A stretch of DNA of 64,000 nucleotides from Blastocatellales bacterium (GCA_050247435.1 JBFWUF010000003.1:8564-72563), one strand, 5' to 3'. Positions 9,835-20,428 are shown, counted from the stretch's first letter. Translations and numbers: made by a program. The notes: a model not told the origin generated them from the sequence alone.

Positions 9835-12800
9835 TCAATTGAAATCCTCCGCCAGAATCTTCTCCATCGTGGCGATCAGGAAATCAGCGTCGGTTTCGGA
9901 GAAGGGCATCGGCGGCCTGATCTTGATCACGTTGTGGAACGGGCCGTCCGTGCCCAGCAAAATCCCGTGATCACGAAACCGGTTGGAGATGAATGACGCC
10001 TCCTCGGCCGCAGGCTCCAGCGTTTCGCGGTCGCGCACGAGTTCAACGCCGAGAAAAAGCCCTGAGCCGCGCACGTCGCCGACCAGCGCGTAACGATCAA
10101 CCAGCGGGCGTAAGCCGTCGAGCAGCCGATTGCCCACGCGCAGCGCGTGCGATTGCAGGTTTTCTTCGAGCGTCACTTGCAGCGTCGCCAGCCCGATTGC
10201 GCACGACACATTGTTCCCGCCGAACGTGCTGAAAAACTCCATGCCGTTGTCGAAAGACGCGGCGATTTCAGGCGTAGTGACCACTGCGCCGATGGGATGG
10301 CCGTTGCCTATCGGTTTGCCCAGCACGACTATATCCGGCGTGACGCCCTGCGATTCAAAGGCGTAAAAATGAGTTCCGATCCGCCCATATCCCGTTTGCA
10401 CTTCGTCGGCGACGCAGACGCCTCCGGCTTCGCGCACCGCGGCGTAGACTGCCGCCAGATAGCCTTCGGGAATGAAAATCTGCCCGCCGACGCTCGGACA
10501 GGATTCGGCGATGAATCCAGCCAGGCCGGCGCCGGTTTCACGCAACCGCTCGGTGATCTCAGTCACAGACCGCGCGTATTTTTCTCCGGCCTGCGGATCA
10601 TCGCGTTTGTACACGCCACGATAAACATCGGGGATCGGAGCGGTGTGAACCCAGGCGGGCGCGCCGTTGCCGCCTGGGCCGTCGTGTTTGTACGGGCTGA
10701 TGTCAATCAACGCGCTGGTGTGGCCGTGATACGCGGCTTCGAGCACGATCATATCGCGCCGCTTCGTGTGGGCGCGGGCCAGCCGCAGCGCCAGTTCGTT
10801 CGCTTCGCTGGCCGAGTTGACGAAGAAGCAGACGTTGAGAGGATCGGGTAGCGTTGCGCGCAACCGCTCGGCGTAGCGGTTGATCAAATCGTGCAGGTAG
10901 CGCGTGTTTGTGTTGAGCACGGCCATTTGCTCCTGCCCGGCTTTCACGACGCGCGGGTGGCAATGGCCTACGTGCGGCACGTTGTTGTACGCATCCAGGT
11001 ATTTGCGGCCTTCTTCGTCAAACAGATATTGCATCCACCCGCGAGCGACTTTGACTGGCTCTCTGTACGCGACGCTCAAATTCCTTCCGATGCGAGCGCG
11101 GCGTGCGGCCAGCGTTTCTGTTTTGCGCGGAGTTCGAGGCGGAAAGCGATCATCAGGTATGCCGAGAATCAGATTCGGGTCGGGCGAAAAGCCGCGCCAG
11201 ATTTCGCGCCGGCTGGCCGGCGCCACGCCGGGGAAGTCGCAATCCTGATCGAGCAGGTCTGTGGTGATCTGAAAGTGAAGGTGTGGCGTCCAACCGCCAT
11301 TCTCGTTGGGCAAGCCTATCGTCGCGATCTTTTCGCCTTTGGCGACTGGCTTGCCGAAGATCAGACCATCGAGCGACTCGGCGCTCAGATGGCCGTAGAG
11401 CGTGTAGAACGTGTGGCCATCCGGTGTTCGATGTTTCAGGACGATCACGTGGCCGTAGTCGAGCGGCGCGGCGTTGCGGGCGAAGGCGTGAACCTCGCCT
11501 TCAATCGGCGCGTGGATCGGCGCGCCCGTTTCGGCGAAGAGGTCAATGCCCAGATGGATCGCTCGCCGCTCATCGGTCAAAGCGCCGCCTGACGCGAACA
11601 ATGGAGAAGTGTAAAGCAGGCGCGCTTCGTCATACCGTCCGATGCCGATCTTCACGCCCTCCGCGTCAATCGCTTCAAAGATGCGCCTGGTCAATTTCGG
11701 CTCCGCGTTCTCGCGCTCGTCGCCGCTGATGAGCGGGCTGCCGACGCTCAAATCCAAAACGAGGCAAGGCTCCGCGCGCGGGTCACCAAGCAGAACCGAG
11801 GCGAACGTGTGCGCGTTGGCTCGCAGCCATTCAGTCACAGGTTTTGTGTTTGGCGATGGAGCCAACCCGCAGGCGTGACGAAAGACGGCTTCGGCAAACC
11901 GAGGATGAATCCGCGCCAGCTTCGGCAGCGTGTTGCGGATCGGCTGCTGGCTGACATTCAGGTAAGCGTCATCGGGCCGTTGCCGCTGTTGATGCGCGGC
12001 GACGCAGACGCTCACAAGCATGCGCAGGCGAACCAGATCGAACAGCGCGCTCATCTCGTCTTCAGTCAGCGCGTACTCGGCATGATAGCCTCCGACGATT
12101 TCGGCGGCGGCGGCCAGCGGGTCAGGCTTATCCAGAATCGCGTAGGCAATCGCAATGGCGAGGTCGCCCACGGTGAAGCTGTAGATCATATCGCCGAAAT
12201 CAATCAGCCCGGTGACACGCTGGTTTTTCGAGTAGAGATCGTCGCCGCCCCCGACGATCACGTTGTAATCGTTCGCGTCGTTGTGAATCGCGCTCTTGCG
12301 AAGGCGCGGCAGCGCAGGCGCTACATCGCGTTCAAACTCATCGGCGAATTTGACGATCATCTCCCGCATCTCGGCGTCCGCGATCAGCGCCTGGTAGTCG
12401 CGGATCACGCTCAGGCCGCTGGCCAAATCCCAGTGAAAATCGCGGTGAATGGCTGCGTGATCGAAGCCAGCCAGCGCGCGGTCAACCTGGCCGACGCGCC
12501 GTCCCAGATCGCGCAGCAGTTCGGGCGAATGCCGCCTGACGGCGCCGAGAGGAACGCCAGACAGCCAGGTGACCATTCGCGCGAGATGTTTCAAGCCTGA
12601 CGCGGATCGAACCTCGGTAAAAAAATCGCCGGACTGAGTTGGCGTGACGCGCTGGCAAGGTGGCGCGTGTTCGGCGATCAGTTCCATCGCCTGCCGTTGC
12701 GCTTCCAGCATTGCGCGGTCTTCCAGCGCGTTCGAGATTTTGAGGACGAACTTATCGCCGGATTGATCCCGCAGCAGAAAGTTCTGATCGCGTTCGCTGG

Positions 12801-12897
12801 GCAATGGGGAGACTTGCGCGCGAACGCCGTAAATTTCCCGCGCCAGTTCAGTGGCGGCTTCGAGACTGAAACTCGGAGAGTGTTTGAGCAATGACAT
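9835..12897 (-). CDS. Fusion of APH-like phosphotransferase, M23-like domain and class III PLP aminotransferase/phospho-lyase
   Basis: IHNDANDYN and IDFGD (APH kinase); HLGIDL, YGHL and PHLHF (M23); [28 protein letters not shown] and LGKPIGNG (class III PLP enzyme). Confidence 0.9.
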   Translation of the reverse strand: MSLLKHSPSFSLEAATELAREIYGVRAQVSPLPSERDQNFLLRDQSGDKFVLKISNALEDRAMLEAQRQAMELIAEHAPPCQRVTPTQSGDFFTEVRSASGLKHLARMVTWLSGVPLGAVRRHSPELLRDLGRRVGQVDRALAGFDHAAIHRDFHWDLASGLSVIRDYQALIADAEMREMIVKFADEFERDVAPALPRLRKSAIHNDANDYNVIVGGGDDLYSKNQRVTGLIDFGDMIYSFTVGDLAIAIAYAILDKPDPLAAAAEIVGGYHAEYALTEDEMSALFDLVRLRMLVSVCVAAHQQRQRPDDAYLNVSQQPIRNTLPKLARIHPRFAEAVFRHACGLAPSPNTKPVTEWLRANAHTFASVLLGDPRAEPCLVLDLSVGSPLISGDERENAEPKLTRRIFEAIDAEGVKIGIGRYDEARLLYTSPLFASGGALTDERRAIHLGIDLFAETGAPIHAPIEGEVHAFARNAAPLDYGHVIVLKHRTPDGHTFYTLYGHLSAESLDGLIFGKPVAKGEKIATIGLPNENGGWTPHLHFQITTDLLDQDCDFPGVAPASRREIWRGFSPDPNLILGIPDDRFPPRTPRKTETLAARRARIGRNLSVAYREPVKVARGWMQYLFDEEGRKYLDAYNNVPHVGHCHPRVVKAGQEQMAVLNTNTRYLHDLINRYAERLRATLPDPLNVCFFVNSASEANELALRLARAHTKRRDMIVLEAAYHGHTSALIDISPYKHDGPGGNGAPAWVHTAPIPDVYRGVYKRDDPQAGEKYARSVTEITERLRETGAGLAGFIAESCPSVGGQIFIPEGYLAAVYAAVREAGGVCVADEVQTGYGRIGTHFYAFESQGVTPDIVVLGKPIGNGHPIGAVVTTPEIAASFDNGMEFFSTFGGNNVSCAIGLATLQVTLEENLQSHALRVGNRLLDGLRPLVDRYALVGDVRGSGLFLGVELVRDRETLEPAAEEASFISNRFRDHGILLGTDGPFHNVIKIRPPMPFSETDADFLIATMEKILAEDFN

Positions 12898-13039
12898 AAA
12901 GTTGTTTTTGTCCTATTAACTGATGTTACGCAACGCTTCGCGTCTGTTTTGAATCATCCGCGCGGGTGATCTGTATGAATTTTCGACAGAGCATGTTAAC
13001 GCGCTTTGCGGCGATTCATCTATTTCGCGCTTCCGGTAA

Positions 13040-15607
13040 TTGGCGCGGCATTATGATGTGAGCTATATTGCGCCCGTGATTAACTCAACCGATCTGATTG
13101 ACATTTTATCTTCACCAACCGCCCTCATCGTGGCAATACCGGAAGGGCTGCGCTATCAAATAGAAGTTTTCCAGAGGCTCTACATCGGGTTCCCTCCGTT
13201 CCTGGCGCTCGTAATCGCGGGATCAGTTCTGCCGCTTCTGCTTTTGCTCCGGCTCCGTTACGCGCGGGCGCGGCGGCAAACTGGCCCGGATTGTGGCTCC
13301 TTCACTTCATTCGCCAAACAGACTCTGCGGAGTTGGCGTTGGGCGCTTTGCCTTTTGCTTGTGTTTGACGCGTTTCTGCTCTGCAACCACGTGCTGGCGC
13401 GGGGGATGGCCGTTGGGATGTGGGATTGCGACAGCCAGTTTATGCCTTACCAGATTCTGGTCGCCGACCATGCGCGCGCCGGAAAGCTGGTTCAATGGGA
13501 TCCGTGGACAAACGCCGGGCTTCCGCTGGCTGGCGATCCGCAGATCGGAGCCAATTCGCCGCTTAACGTGGTCGTGGGGTTCATCACCGGAGGGACAACC
13601 TGGGGTTTCAGGTTTTATTGGTTGCTGGTGTGGGGGCTGGGCGGAGTGGGAATGGCCCTGCTGGCAAGGCAGATCAAGGCTCCGCCGTGGGGCGCAGCGA
13701 TAGTCGCAATCGGTTTCAGCTTCTCCGGCATCTTCATCGGACACGCTGAGCACGTCTCCTGGCTCACGGCCTTTTCGGCCATGCCGTGGGTGATCTGGCG
13801 TATTGAAGCCGCGATCAGCTCCGGGAAATTACAACCGGCTGTCGAAGCCGGCGCGATCTGGGGATTGTCGGCTTTGGGTGGTTATCCGGGGCAGACGATG
13901 ATCACTGGCGCCTTCGCCGCGCTCTGGGCCTTGGGCCGCTGGCTTTTCCGCGAATCGCCGGAGAATTATCAGCAGCAAGGAGAGACAAATTTTTATCAAA
14001 TTAAAAGACCCACGCTGGGCAAGCTTGTCCTCACGCTCGCGCTCTTCTCCGTCATCGGGCTGATAGTTCTGGCGCCGACTTATCTCTCCTTTTTTTACGA
14101 AGGCAAAGGCGTGCACGGCAGGGTTGGGACGCTGAGCCGAGAGATGGCCGTGTTGGATGGCGCCATCGTTCCTGGCGCGCTTACCACCTTCTCAAGCCCA
14201 TACCTGCCGATGTTGAAGATGGCCTACCTGGTTGAAGGCGATCCCATCTGGCGCGGGCTGGATGTGTCAATGTGCAGTATCTACATGGGCGCGCTCATTC
14301 CGATGCTCGCTCTGCTGGCGTTGCTCGTTCGTCCGCGCGACAGGTGGCGGTGGTGGCTGCTGTTCCTGGGATTGTTCAATCTGTCCTGTGCGATCAGCGG
14401 CAAATTGCCTGTGCGGGGGTGGCTTTATGACTGGTTCTATCCGACCAGGTTCTTCCGGCATCCTTCGCTTTTCCGCGCGTATTTCATTTTGGCGATGGCG
14501 GCGCTCGCTCTCTACGCGACGCGAGACCTGGCGGAAGCTCTGGCGAAACCGGACGAGCGAATCCGAAAGAGACTTGTCGCCGCTTCCACGCTGTTCGCTT
14601 CAGCGGCGTTGCTGACTTTGCTGTGGTTCAATGGTTACCTGTCGTCTCTGCCGCAGCATAAAATCTCGGTGGTCTGGAAATCAGTGGCCGCTCTGCATGC
14701 GTTGATGGTTTGGGTTGGCGCGGCTGTTGTGGCGATCTTGTTCTGGAAATTTTCAGCCAGGGTCAGATCGTGGCGCTTTCCGGCTTTGCTGGCCGCTTTG
14801 GCCATCAGCGACGCCTTCGTGACTTGCGTGATCTCGCTCAACCTGATCGCTTTCGACGGCAACGTCGAGCGGTGGCGGCTTCTGGACAAACAGCATGTGG
14901 CGTCGCTCGATTTAACCGCAAATGGGTTGCGCAGGGACCTGGCGTCTTCATATTCGGACCCGCCCTCGCATCTGTTCAACAGCGATCAACTGATCAAGAA
15001 AATTCCCGTGCTGGCCGGCAACACCACAACGACCAACTACTGGCATAAAGTTATCTGGGGGGATGATGTTTTGCGGAGGATGGCGATTGGCTCTGAACGA
15101 ATCTGGTTTGCGCGTGAGGCCGCGCAGTCGCCGCCATCAAACGAACTCCTCTCCGCTTTCAGAAAACGGGCCAATCTGGTCAACGGCTTTCCAATAGTCG
15201 TTCATTCAAGGCAGGAAATGCTTCAGCAGGGAACGGAAGACGCTCATCAGACCTCGCGGCAGGAAGCGGCGGCGAAAATTGAAGCGGCGCCTTTGGCTGA
15301 AAACATTCCGGTGAAGCTGGAGAAATACGATCCTGATGAACTCACTTTCGAAGCGCATTGTCCCGCCGAAGGATGGCTGTTGGTGAGTGATCGCTGGGCG
15401 CGTAGCTGGCGCGTGGAGATCAACGGAAAGCCCGCGGACGTTTACGGAGGCAACTTCATCTTCCGAGCGATTCGCGTTTCGGCGGGATCGAACAGAATCA
15501 GATTCAGCTATCACCCGCTTGGACGCCCGTGGCTGATCGCCCTCAGTTGGGGCGTTCTTGCTTTGACCGCTCTGGCCTCCGCTCGTGTGAGACTACGTGA
15601 TAATTGA
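13040..15607 (+). CDS. YfhO-like polytopic membrane protein (putative GT-C glycosyltransferase)
   Basis: Many TM helices, WDPWTNAGLPLAGDPQ loop, C-terminal LLVSDRWARSWRVEING...FRAIRVSAGSNRIRFSYHP typical of YfhO. Start uncertain. Confidence 0.8.
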   Translation: MARHYDVSYIAPVINSTDLIDILSSPTALIVAIPEGLRYQIEVFQRLYIGFPPFLALVIAGSVLPLLLLLRLRYARARRQTGPDCGSFTSFAKQTLRSWRWALCLLLVFDAFLLCNHVLARGMAVGMWDCDSQFMPYQILVADHARAGKLVQWDPWTNAGLPLAGDPQIGANSPLNVVVGFITGGTTWGFRFYWLLVWGLGGVGMALLARQIKAPPWGAAIVAIGFSFSGIFIGHAEHVSWLTAFSAMPWVIWRIEAAISSGKLQPAVEAGAIWGLSALGGYPGQTMITGAFAALWALGRWLFRESPENYQQQGETNFYQIKRPTLGKLVLTLALFSVIGLIVLAPTYLSFFYEGKGVHGRVGTLSREMAVLDGAIVPGALTTFSSPYLPMLKMAYLVEGDPIWRGLDVSMCSIYMGALIPMLALLALLVRPRDRWRWWLLFLGLFNLSCAISGKLPVRGWLYDWFYPTRFFRHPSLFRAYFILAMAALALYATRDLAEALAKPDERIRKRLVAASTLFASAALLTLLWFNGYLSSLPQHKISVVWKSVAALHALMVWVGAAVVAILFWKFSARVRSWRFPALLAALAISDAFVTCVISLNLIAFDGNVERWRLLDKQHVASLDLTANGLRRDLASSYSDPPSHLFNSDQLIKKIPVLAGNTTTTNYWHKVIWGDDVLRRMAIGSERIWFAREAAQSPPSNELLSAFRKRANLVNGFPIVVHSRQEMLQQGTEDAHQTSRQEAAAKIEAAPLAENIPVKLEKYDPDELTFEAHCPAEGWLLVSDRWARSWRVEINGKPADVYGGNFIFRAIRVSAGSNRIRFSYHPLGRPWLIALSWGVLALTALASARVRLRDN

Positions 15608-15934
15608 AACGCCTTGCTGACGTGATTTGCCGTCACGCTCGGCCACATTCACGAAGCCCCGTGTTTATTGAAGTATTTGCTTCCTCGCTTATCTCTTCTC
15701 TCCTTCAAAAACAATCATATTAAAGATCACAGACAACGTTTGTCCGCGCAACGCCATGTCTAATCTTGGCGCCGCCGTTGCTGACATACCTGGCAGGGGG
15801 CAGATGCGTTTGTTAGTTGAGAGTAACAACACAAGTAACACTCGCGATGGCGCAGTTGCAAAACAGTCGGCCCGACACGTCAATGCGCCGCTGCTCCAGG
15901 TCATTGACTTGCAGATGAAACAATGGAGGAGGTT

Positions 15935-16594
15935 ATGAACAGACAAATTTTGAATGTCGTTACAACTTTGCTGATCACAGCATTTGCAGGGTTCGGGCTG
16001 ACGGCGTCCGCGCAAGACCCGTCTTGTTGTCCCCAACCAGTAGCTTGTCCGCAACAGGTAGCCTGCGTGCAGCCGGCTTGTCCGCAACAGGTAGCTTGCG
16101 TACAGCCGGTTTGCCAGCAGCAAACGGCCTGCATGGTACAGACCGTGGCTTATAGCCCCGGCCCGGACATGAAAGACCTGGTCAAGCGCATCGAGAAAGG
16201 CGCGGATCATTTCCGTAAGGATTTCAATGACTCGCTGAGCAGCGATTGTCTAAGCTGCGTCAGCTTCGATGCGGACTCCTACAAAGATCAGGTGAAGGCG
16301 TTTGAAAAGGCGACTGATCGTTTGCGGAAGGATTACGGAGACGAGTGCGACATCAGCGGACAGGTGAATGAAGTGCTCCGCCTCGCGGAATGCATCAGCG
16401 CTTACATAGACCCGTGCACCCTGTGCCCGGAGGCCGTGGCCGAGTGGAATTCGCTGCGCGCCGATCTGGATACACTGGCAAGCCTCAATTGCACAGCGGT
16501 GGCTTGGCAGCAGCCGATCAGTTTGCAGCCGCCGCAGCCTGTGTGCGTCTCGGTGCAGCCCGCCTGTCAGGTGTCCTGCCCCGTTACCCAGTAA
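15935..16594 (+). CDS. Secreted cysteine-rich protein with CPQQVACVQP repeats
   Basis: Strong GGAGGAGG RBS, signal peptide ending ASA-Q, 18 Cys, central helical domain, 33-bp tandem repeat at 16043-16108. Confidence 0.85.
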   Translation: MNRQILNVVTTLLITAFAGFGLTASAQDPSCCPQPVACPQQVACVQPACPQQVACVQPVCQQQTACMVQTVAYSPGPDMKDLVKRIEKGADHFRKDFNDSLSSDCLSCVSFDADSYKDQVKAFEKATDRLRKDYGDECDISGQVNEVLRLAECISAYIDPCTLCPEAVAEWNSLRADLDTLASLNCTAVAWQQPISLQPPQPVCVSVQPACQVSCPVTQ

Positions 16595-16731
16595 GACGAA
16601 CCTGATCTGTCACGGAAAGGTTTATCTCAAGGTTGGGAAGCTAAACCCACGCCACTGAGTTCGACCTTTTCGTGACGGAGAGGCGTTTATTGATCCGAGC
16701 ATTGACAACTAAAGGCAATCAGTAACGCCAC

Positions 16732-16821
16732 ATTCACAGCCGCAGACGCCGAGAGCGCCAGGACGGCGCGGAGAGGAAGAGAAAATATTTCAATTCCTCT
16801 CCGCGGCGTTCTGCGGTGAGT
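16732..16821. repeat. Degenerate inverted array of CGCAGAG/CGCGGAG-type units
   Basis: ttcacagccgcagacgccgagagcgcc...gcgcggagagg followed by cctctccgcggcgttctgcggtgag. Resembles 54259-54371. Confidence 0.65.
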
Positions 16822-16944
16822 AGACTTAGAGCTTATGCTGATCTCGGTGAATACGCTCCTGTCCCAGGTTTTGCCGCTTGCGAGTAAGACCGGCGGTGGA
16901 ATTCGGAATGGCGGGAATAAAAAGGCCCGAAGGAGAAGACGGCG

Positions 16945-17718
16945 ATGTTGAGAAACGCTGGCAAGCTGAAGGGATCGGTCATCACCGCCACGGATGGCGC
17001 GATTGGAGAGATTGATGATCTTTATTTCGACGATGAAGAATGGACGGCGCGGTATCTGGTGGTCAAAGCGGGCACATGGCTTTCGAGCCGCAAAGTTCTG
17101 ATTTCGCCGATTTCCATCAAGAAGGTGAACGAGCCGACCAATCAGGTTTTCGTCAATCTGACTATAGATCAGGTGAAACACAGTCCGGACATTGATACAC
17201 GGAAGCCCGTCTCGCGCCAGCATGAAACGGCGTTTATGGATTATTACGGTTACCCGTATTACTGGGGCGGCCCCTACCTGTGGGGCGATTCGGCGTTTCC
17301 CGCCACGCTGGCCATGCCGCCCGCCGTAGAGTCGCAGATGGCGGCGGCGGCGACCTCCAGGCAGCGCGAAGAGGCGAGGTCGTACGACGAGCATCTGCGG
17401 AGCGTCAACGAAGTGAGCGGCTATCACATCGAGGCCGCCGATGGCGAAATCGGCCATGTGGACGACTTCATCCTTGACGACGAGGACTGGGCCATCCGCT
17501 TCATAGTGATCAAGACCGGCGGCTGGCTTTTCGGCAGGAAGACGCTCGTTTCGCCTCAATGGATAGAAGGGATCAGTTGGAACGAGTCGAAAATGTTCGT
17601 GAACCTGACCAGAGACCAGATCGCGAACAGCCCCGAATACGACGAATCGGCGCCGATCTCGCTCGAATACGAGGAGAGTCTTCACCGGCATTATGGCAGA
17701 CCGAGGCGCGCGGGCTGA
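16945..17718 (+). CDS. Tandem PRC-barrel domain protein
   Basis: Two repeats of ATDGxIGxxDDxxxDDExWxxRYxVxKxGxWL. AGGAG RBS. Confidence 0.9.
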   Translation: MLRNAGKLKGSVITATDGAIGEIDDLYFDDEEWTARYLVVKAGTWLSSRKVLISPISIKKVNEPTNQVFVNLTIDQVKHSPDIDTRKPVSRQHETAFMDYYGYPYYWGGPYLWGDSAFPATLAMPPAVESQMAAAATSRQREEARSYDEHLRSVNEVSGYHIEAADGEIGHVDDFILDDEDWAIRFIVIKTGGWLFGRKTLVSPQWIEGISWNESKMFVNLTRDQIANSPEYDESAPISLEYEESLHRHYGRPRRAG

Positions 17719-17777
17719 GCGATGATTTCGCGCCGGGGCAAAGCCACTGGCGCGATTCTTACAGCGAAGGAGGAGCG

Positions 17778-18329
17778 ATGGCAGAAGCAAGAAGAGTAAG
17801 CGAGATAAGAACGTTGAACGTGGCAAAGGATTTCAGGGGGATGGCTTTGCTTGCGGCTGACACGGGGGAGAAACTGGGCGAGGCGCGCGATGCGGTCATT
17901 CAGCCGACTGAGGGACGAGTGATGGGTGTTGTTGCGCGTACACCTGGCGGCGACGAACTGCGGTTGAGAGTAAGTGATTTCTTCATCGGGCAGGACGCCG
18001 TTATGACTTCCAGAGAAGCTTTCGAGCATGCTGGCGACTACGCCCGCGAAATGGCTGAAGGAGTCAGGGCGGTTGACGAGATGGTCGGCGCGAATGTCGT
18101 AACTGAAGACGGGAGGGTGTTGGGGCGCATCAGCGAAGTTTACATCCGCGCCGACCAGCCGCGGATCGTTTATCGAGTCGCAGAATCCACACTGCAAAAG
18201 TTTTTCGGCAGAGGGTTCTTCCTCCCGGGCAGCGCGCCGCGATCATTTGCGCCGGATGGGGCCAGGATCATCGTGCCCGCCGACACCGAGGATCGTTTCG
18301 CCGCGTCATCGCTGGCCGAAGCGCTTTAG
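17778..18329 (+). CDS. PRC-barrel domain protein
   Basis: DTGEKLGEARD and MVGANVVTEDGRVLGRISEVY repeats. AGGAGGAG RBS before ATG 17778. Confidence 0.8.
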   Translation: MAEARRVSEIRTLNVAKDFRGMALLAADTGEKLGEARDAVIQPTEGRVMGVVARTPGGDELRLRVSDFFIGQDAVMTSREAFEHAGDYAREMAEGVRAVDEMVGANVVTEDGRVLGRISEVYIRADQPRIVYRVAESTLQKFFGRGFFLPGSAPRSFAPDGARIIVPADTEDRFAASSLAEAL

Positions 18330-18349
18330 GGGCGAATCGAAAATAGATC

Positions 18350-18431
18350 AACCACGGAGACAAGGGGGGCACGGGGAAAGACCAAATGTTGGCGGTGTTT
18401 TCTTCCCCGTGTTCTCAGTTTCCCCGTGGTT
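18350..18431. repeat. Inverted array of CACGGAG/CACGGGG-type units
   Basis: aaccacggagacaaggggggcacggggaa ... ttccccgtgttctcagtttccccgtggtt between convergent genes. Confidence 0.7.
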
Positions 18432-18478
18432 TGGCGCTTTTATTCCGTCCAATACTTAAACGCCGAACAAGTACGAGA

Positions 18479-19753
18479 TCATTTGATCGAATCGGGCATC
18501 ATCTTCATTTTTACCGCATCGGCGGGCAGCGTGTGTGACCGCTCGCTTGCCGGGTTGAACGTGACGCGGCGTTTTTGCATGTACGCCACCTTGCCCAGAT
18601 ATGAAGCCAGAGCTGAACGGTGGCCGCTGACGATGTCGGAGTTGGGCAGCGCGCGCGATTTCACGCAATCGAGGAAATTGCGGACGTGTTGTTGTTCGAG
18701 CGACTTTGTGTTCTTGCGCTCAACCGGAGGAGGCGGAGCGACTCTGCGGCCAGGAGGGGCCCCCTGATAAACGTAACCGCGACGGTCAATGTAGAGCCGG
18801 CCATTGGTTCCCATGAATTCGATGCCTTCGCCGCGCGCGCCGGGAACCAGCGTCGCCTCGAATGTTGCGATCCATTTGCTGGGATATTCGAGTTGAATGT
18901 TGATTGTGTCCGGGGCGGTGCGCCCATCGGGGTACGCGAAGACGCCGCCAGCGGCGGTCGCCACCACCGGCAAATCTTCGCCAACGAACCAATGCACGAC
19001 GTCAATCCAGTGCGTGAAAAGATCGGTGATCTGGCCGCCGCCGAAATCCAGATAGGCGCGCCAGTTGTAAAACTGCTGCGCGTCGAACTCGCGGTATTTG
19101 GCCGGGCCTAGAAACGCCTTCCAATCCAACCCCGCCGGCTTGTCCTTGAAGGGGGCTTTGCGCAGGTGATAGCTGTTGCCGTGCCACCAGGTGCGGACGA
19201 AAGTGATCTTGCCGAGTTTGCCTTTGTCCACGTACTCGCTCTTGGCCTCTTTGTAATGTTCGCCGCTGCGTTGTTGCAAGCCGACCTGCGCGACGCGGTT
19301 GTTGGCTTTGACGGCTTTGATGATGTCGTGGCCTTGTTCGTAAGTGAAAGTCAGCGGCTTTTCGACGTAGATGTCCTTGCCCGCATTGAGCGCGTCAATC
19401 GCCATCCGCGAATGCCAATGATCGGGCGTGGCGATCAACACGGCGTCAACCTCTTTCGAGTCGAGCAGCGAGCGGTATTCGGTGAAGGTCTTGGCCTTGC
19501 CCGCCGTCTTTTCGAGCGCGGCGTTGAGATTTTTATCGTAACAATCGCAGAGCGCGACGACCTCGACGTCGGATTCTTTCAGGAAAACGCTCATCACGTC
19601 GCCGCCGCGATTGCCCGTGCCGATAACACCCAGACGGGCGCGTTCATTGGCGCCCATCACTTTGTTCCAGCTTGCGGCGGTGAAAGTCAGACCAGCCGCG
19701 CCGGTTGCGGTCTGGGCAATGAATTTACGACGAGAACTGTTTGTTTCGGACAT
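18479..19753 (-). CDS. Tat-exported Gfo/Idh/MocA oxidoreductase
   Basis: SRRKFI Tat motif, GVIGTGNRG, IATPDHWH, YVEKP, GGGQITDLFTHWID. Confidence 0.93.
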   Translation of the reverse strand: MSETNSSRRKFIAQTATGAAGLTFTAASWNKVMGANERARLGVIGTGNRGGDVMSVFLKESDVEVVALCDCYDKNLNAALEKTAGKAKTFTEYRSLLDSKEVDAVLIATPDHWHSRMAIDALNAGKDIYVEKPLTFTYEQGHDIIKAVKANNRVAQVGLQQRSGEHYKEAKSEYVDKGKLGKITFVRTWWHGNSYHLRKAPFKDKPAGLDWKAFLGPAKYREFDAQQFYNWRAYLDFGGGQITDLFTHWIDVVHWFVGEDLPVVATAAGGVFAYPDGRTAPDTINIQLEYPSKWIATFEATLVPGARGEGIEFMGTNGRLYIDRRGYVYQGAPPGRRVAPPPPVERKNTKSLEQQHVRNFLDCVKSRALPNSDIVSGHRSALASYLGKVAYMQKRRVTFNPASERSHTLPADAVKMKMMPDSIK

Positions 19754-19804
19754 AAGGTTTCCTTTCTTGCCAGCAGTATCGGGTTGATTGATAAGCCTGC
19801 GGAG

Positions 19805-19840
19805 CATTGTCAATTGGATATTGTCCACTGTCTATTGTTT
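19805..19840. repeat. Heptamer tandem array (cattgtc aattgga tattgtc cactgtc tattgtt)
   Basis: 7-nt periodicity with an ATTG core. Confidence 0.75.
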
Positions 19841-19935
19841 TGCAGCGAGCCGCACGTCAAACCAACCGGCCTGAAATTATGCCAGCTATACACACAAACA
19901 ATTATCCGCGCTGCAAACGCGGCTTCAATGCAGGG

Positions 19936-19970
19936 AAATAGCCAATAATCAATAGCCAATGCCCAATGCG
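19936..19970. repeat. Heptamer tandem array, inverted orientation (aaatagc caataat caatagc caatgcc caatgcg)
   Basis: 7-nt periodicity with a CAAT core, just past the stop codon of the four-helix-bundle gene. Confidence 0.75.
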
Positions 19971-19977
19971 GAAGTCG

Positions 19978-20328
19978 TTATCTTCCTCTGGTTGTATTGA
20001 CAATCCTGCCGAGCAGTCGCCTGATCTCGGCGCATTCTTCGTAAGCCTTTTGATAATCTTCGTCATCGAGAAAGCATCCATCATGCAACACGTTCAGCCA
20101 GTATTTCGTTCGGCCTGCCTTTTGCAGCGCGATGCTCATTTCGTGCGAGAAACCCGTTCCAGTTTCGGTCTCCTGCGCCGATTCGATGTAGGCGCCGATA
20201 TTGGTTCCATCGCTGAGCAGGCTCTTGCTTAAAACATACTCGCGCCTCTCCTCGGTCAGTTTCCGGTAAAGCGCTACGATGCGCAGGGCGAACTTATAAG
20301 ACTTTTCCAGAACTATGTTTTCACTCAT
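19978..20328 (-). CDS. Four helix bundle protein (TIGR02436 / 23S rRNA IVS-protein-like)
   Basis: MSENIVLEKSYKFALRIVALY...EYVLSKSLLSDGTNIGAYIESAQ...F...MSIALQKAGRTKYWL matches the family pattern KSxxFAxxI...LSxQLLRSGTSIGAN.xEA...F.xK.xIAxKEAxET.YWL. AAGGAG RBS. Confidence 0.88.
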   Translation of the reverse strand: MSENIVLEKSYKFALRIVALYRKLTEERREYVLSKSLLSDGTNIGAYIESAQETETGTGFSHEMSIALQKAGRTKYWLNVLHDGCFLDDEDYQKAYEECAEIRRLLGRIVNTTRGR

Positions 20329-20392
20329 GGCTGTCTCCTTGCGTCAGAGTTTAGTGAATTGCCGAGGGTGTGTTGAAGAATCAGCCCTCCGC

Positions 20393-20428
20393 TATTGTAA
20401 ATTGGATATTGAACATTGGATATTGATT
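20393..20428. repeat. Heptamer tandem array (tattgta aattgga tattgaa cattgga tattgat)
   Basis: 7-nt periodicity upstream of the four-helix-bundle gene. Confidence 0.78.

Noticed and set aside
19805-20428. CRISPR array or DGR (Avd-like protein)
   Set aside because: The repeats are 7-mers without spacers. No cas genes, reverse transcriptase or TR/VR pair is present in the window.
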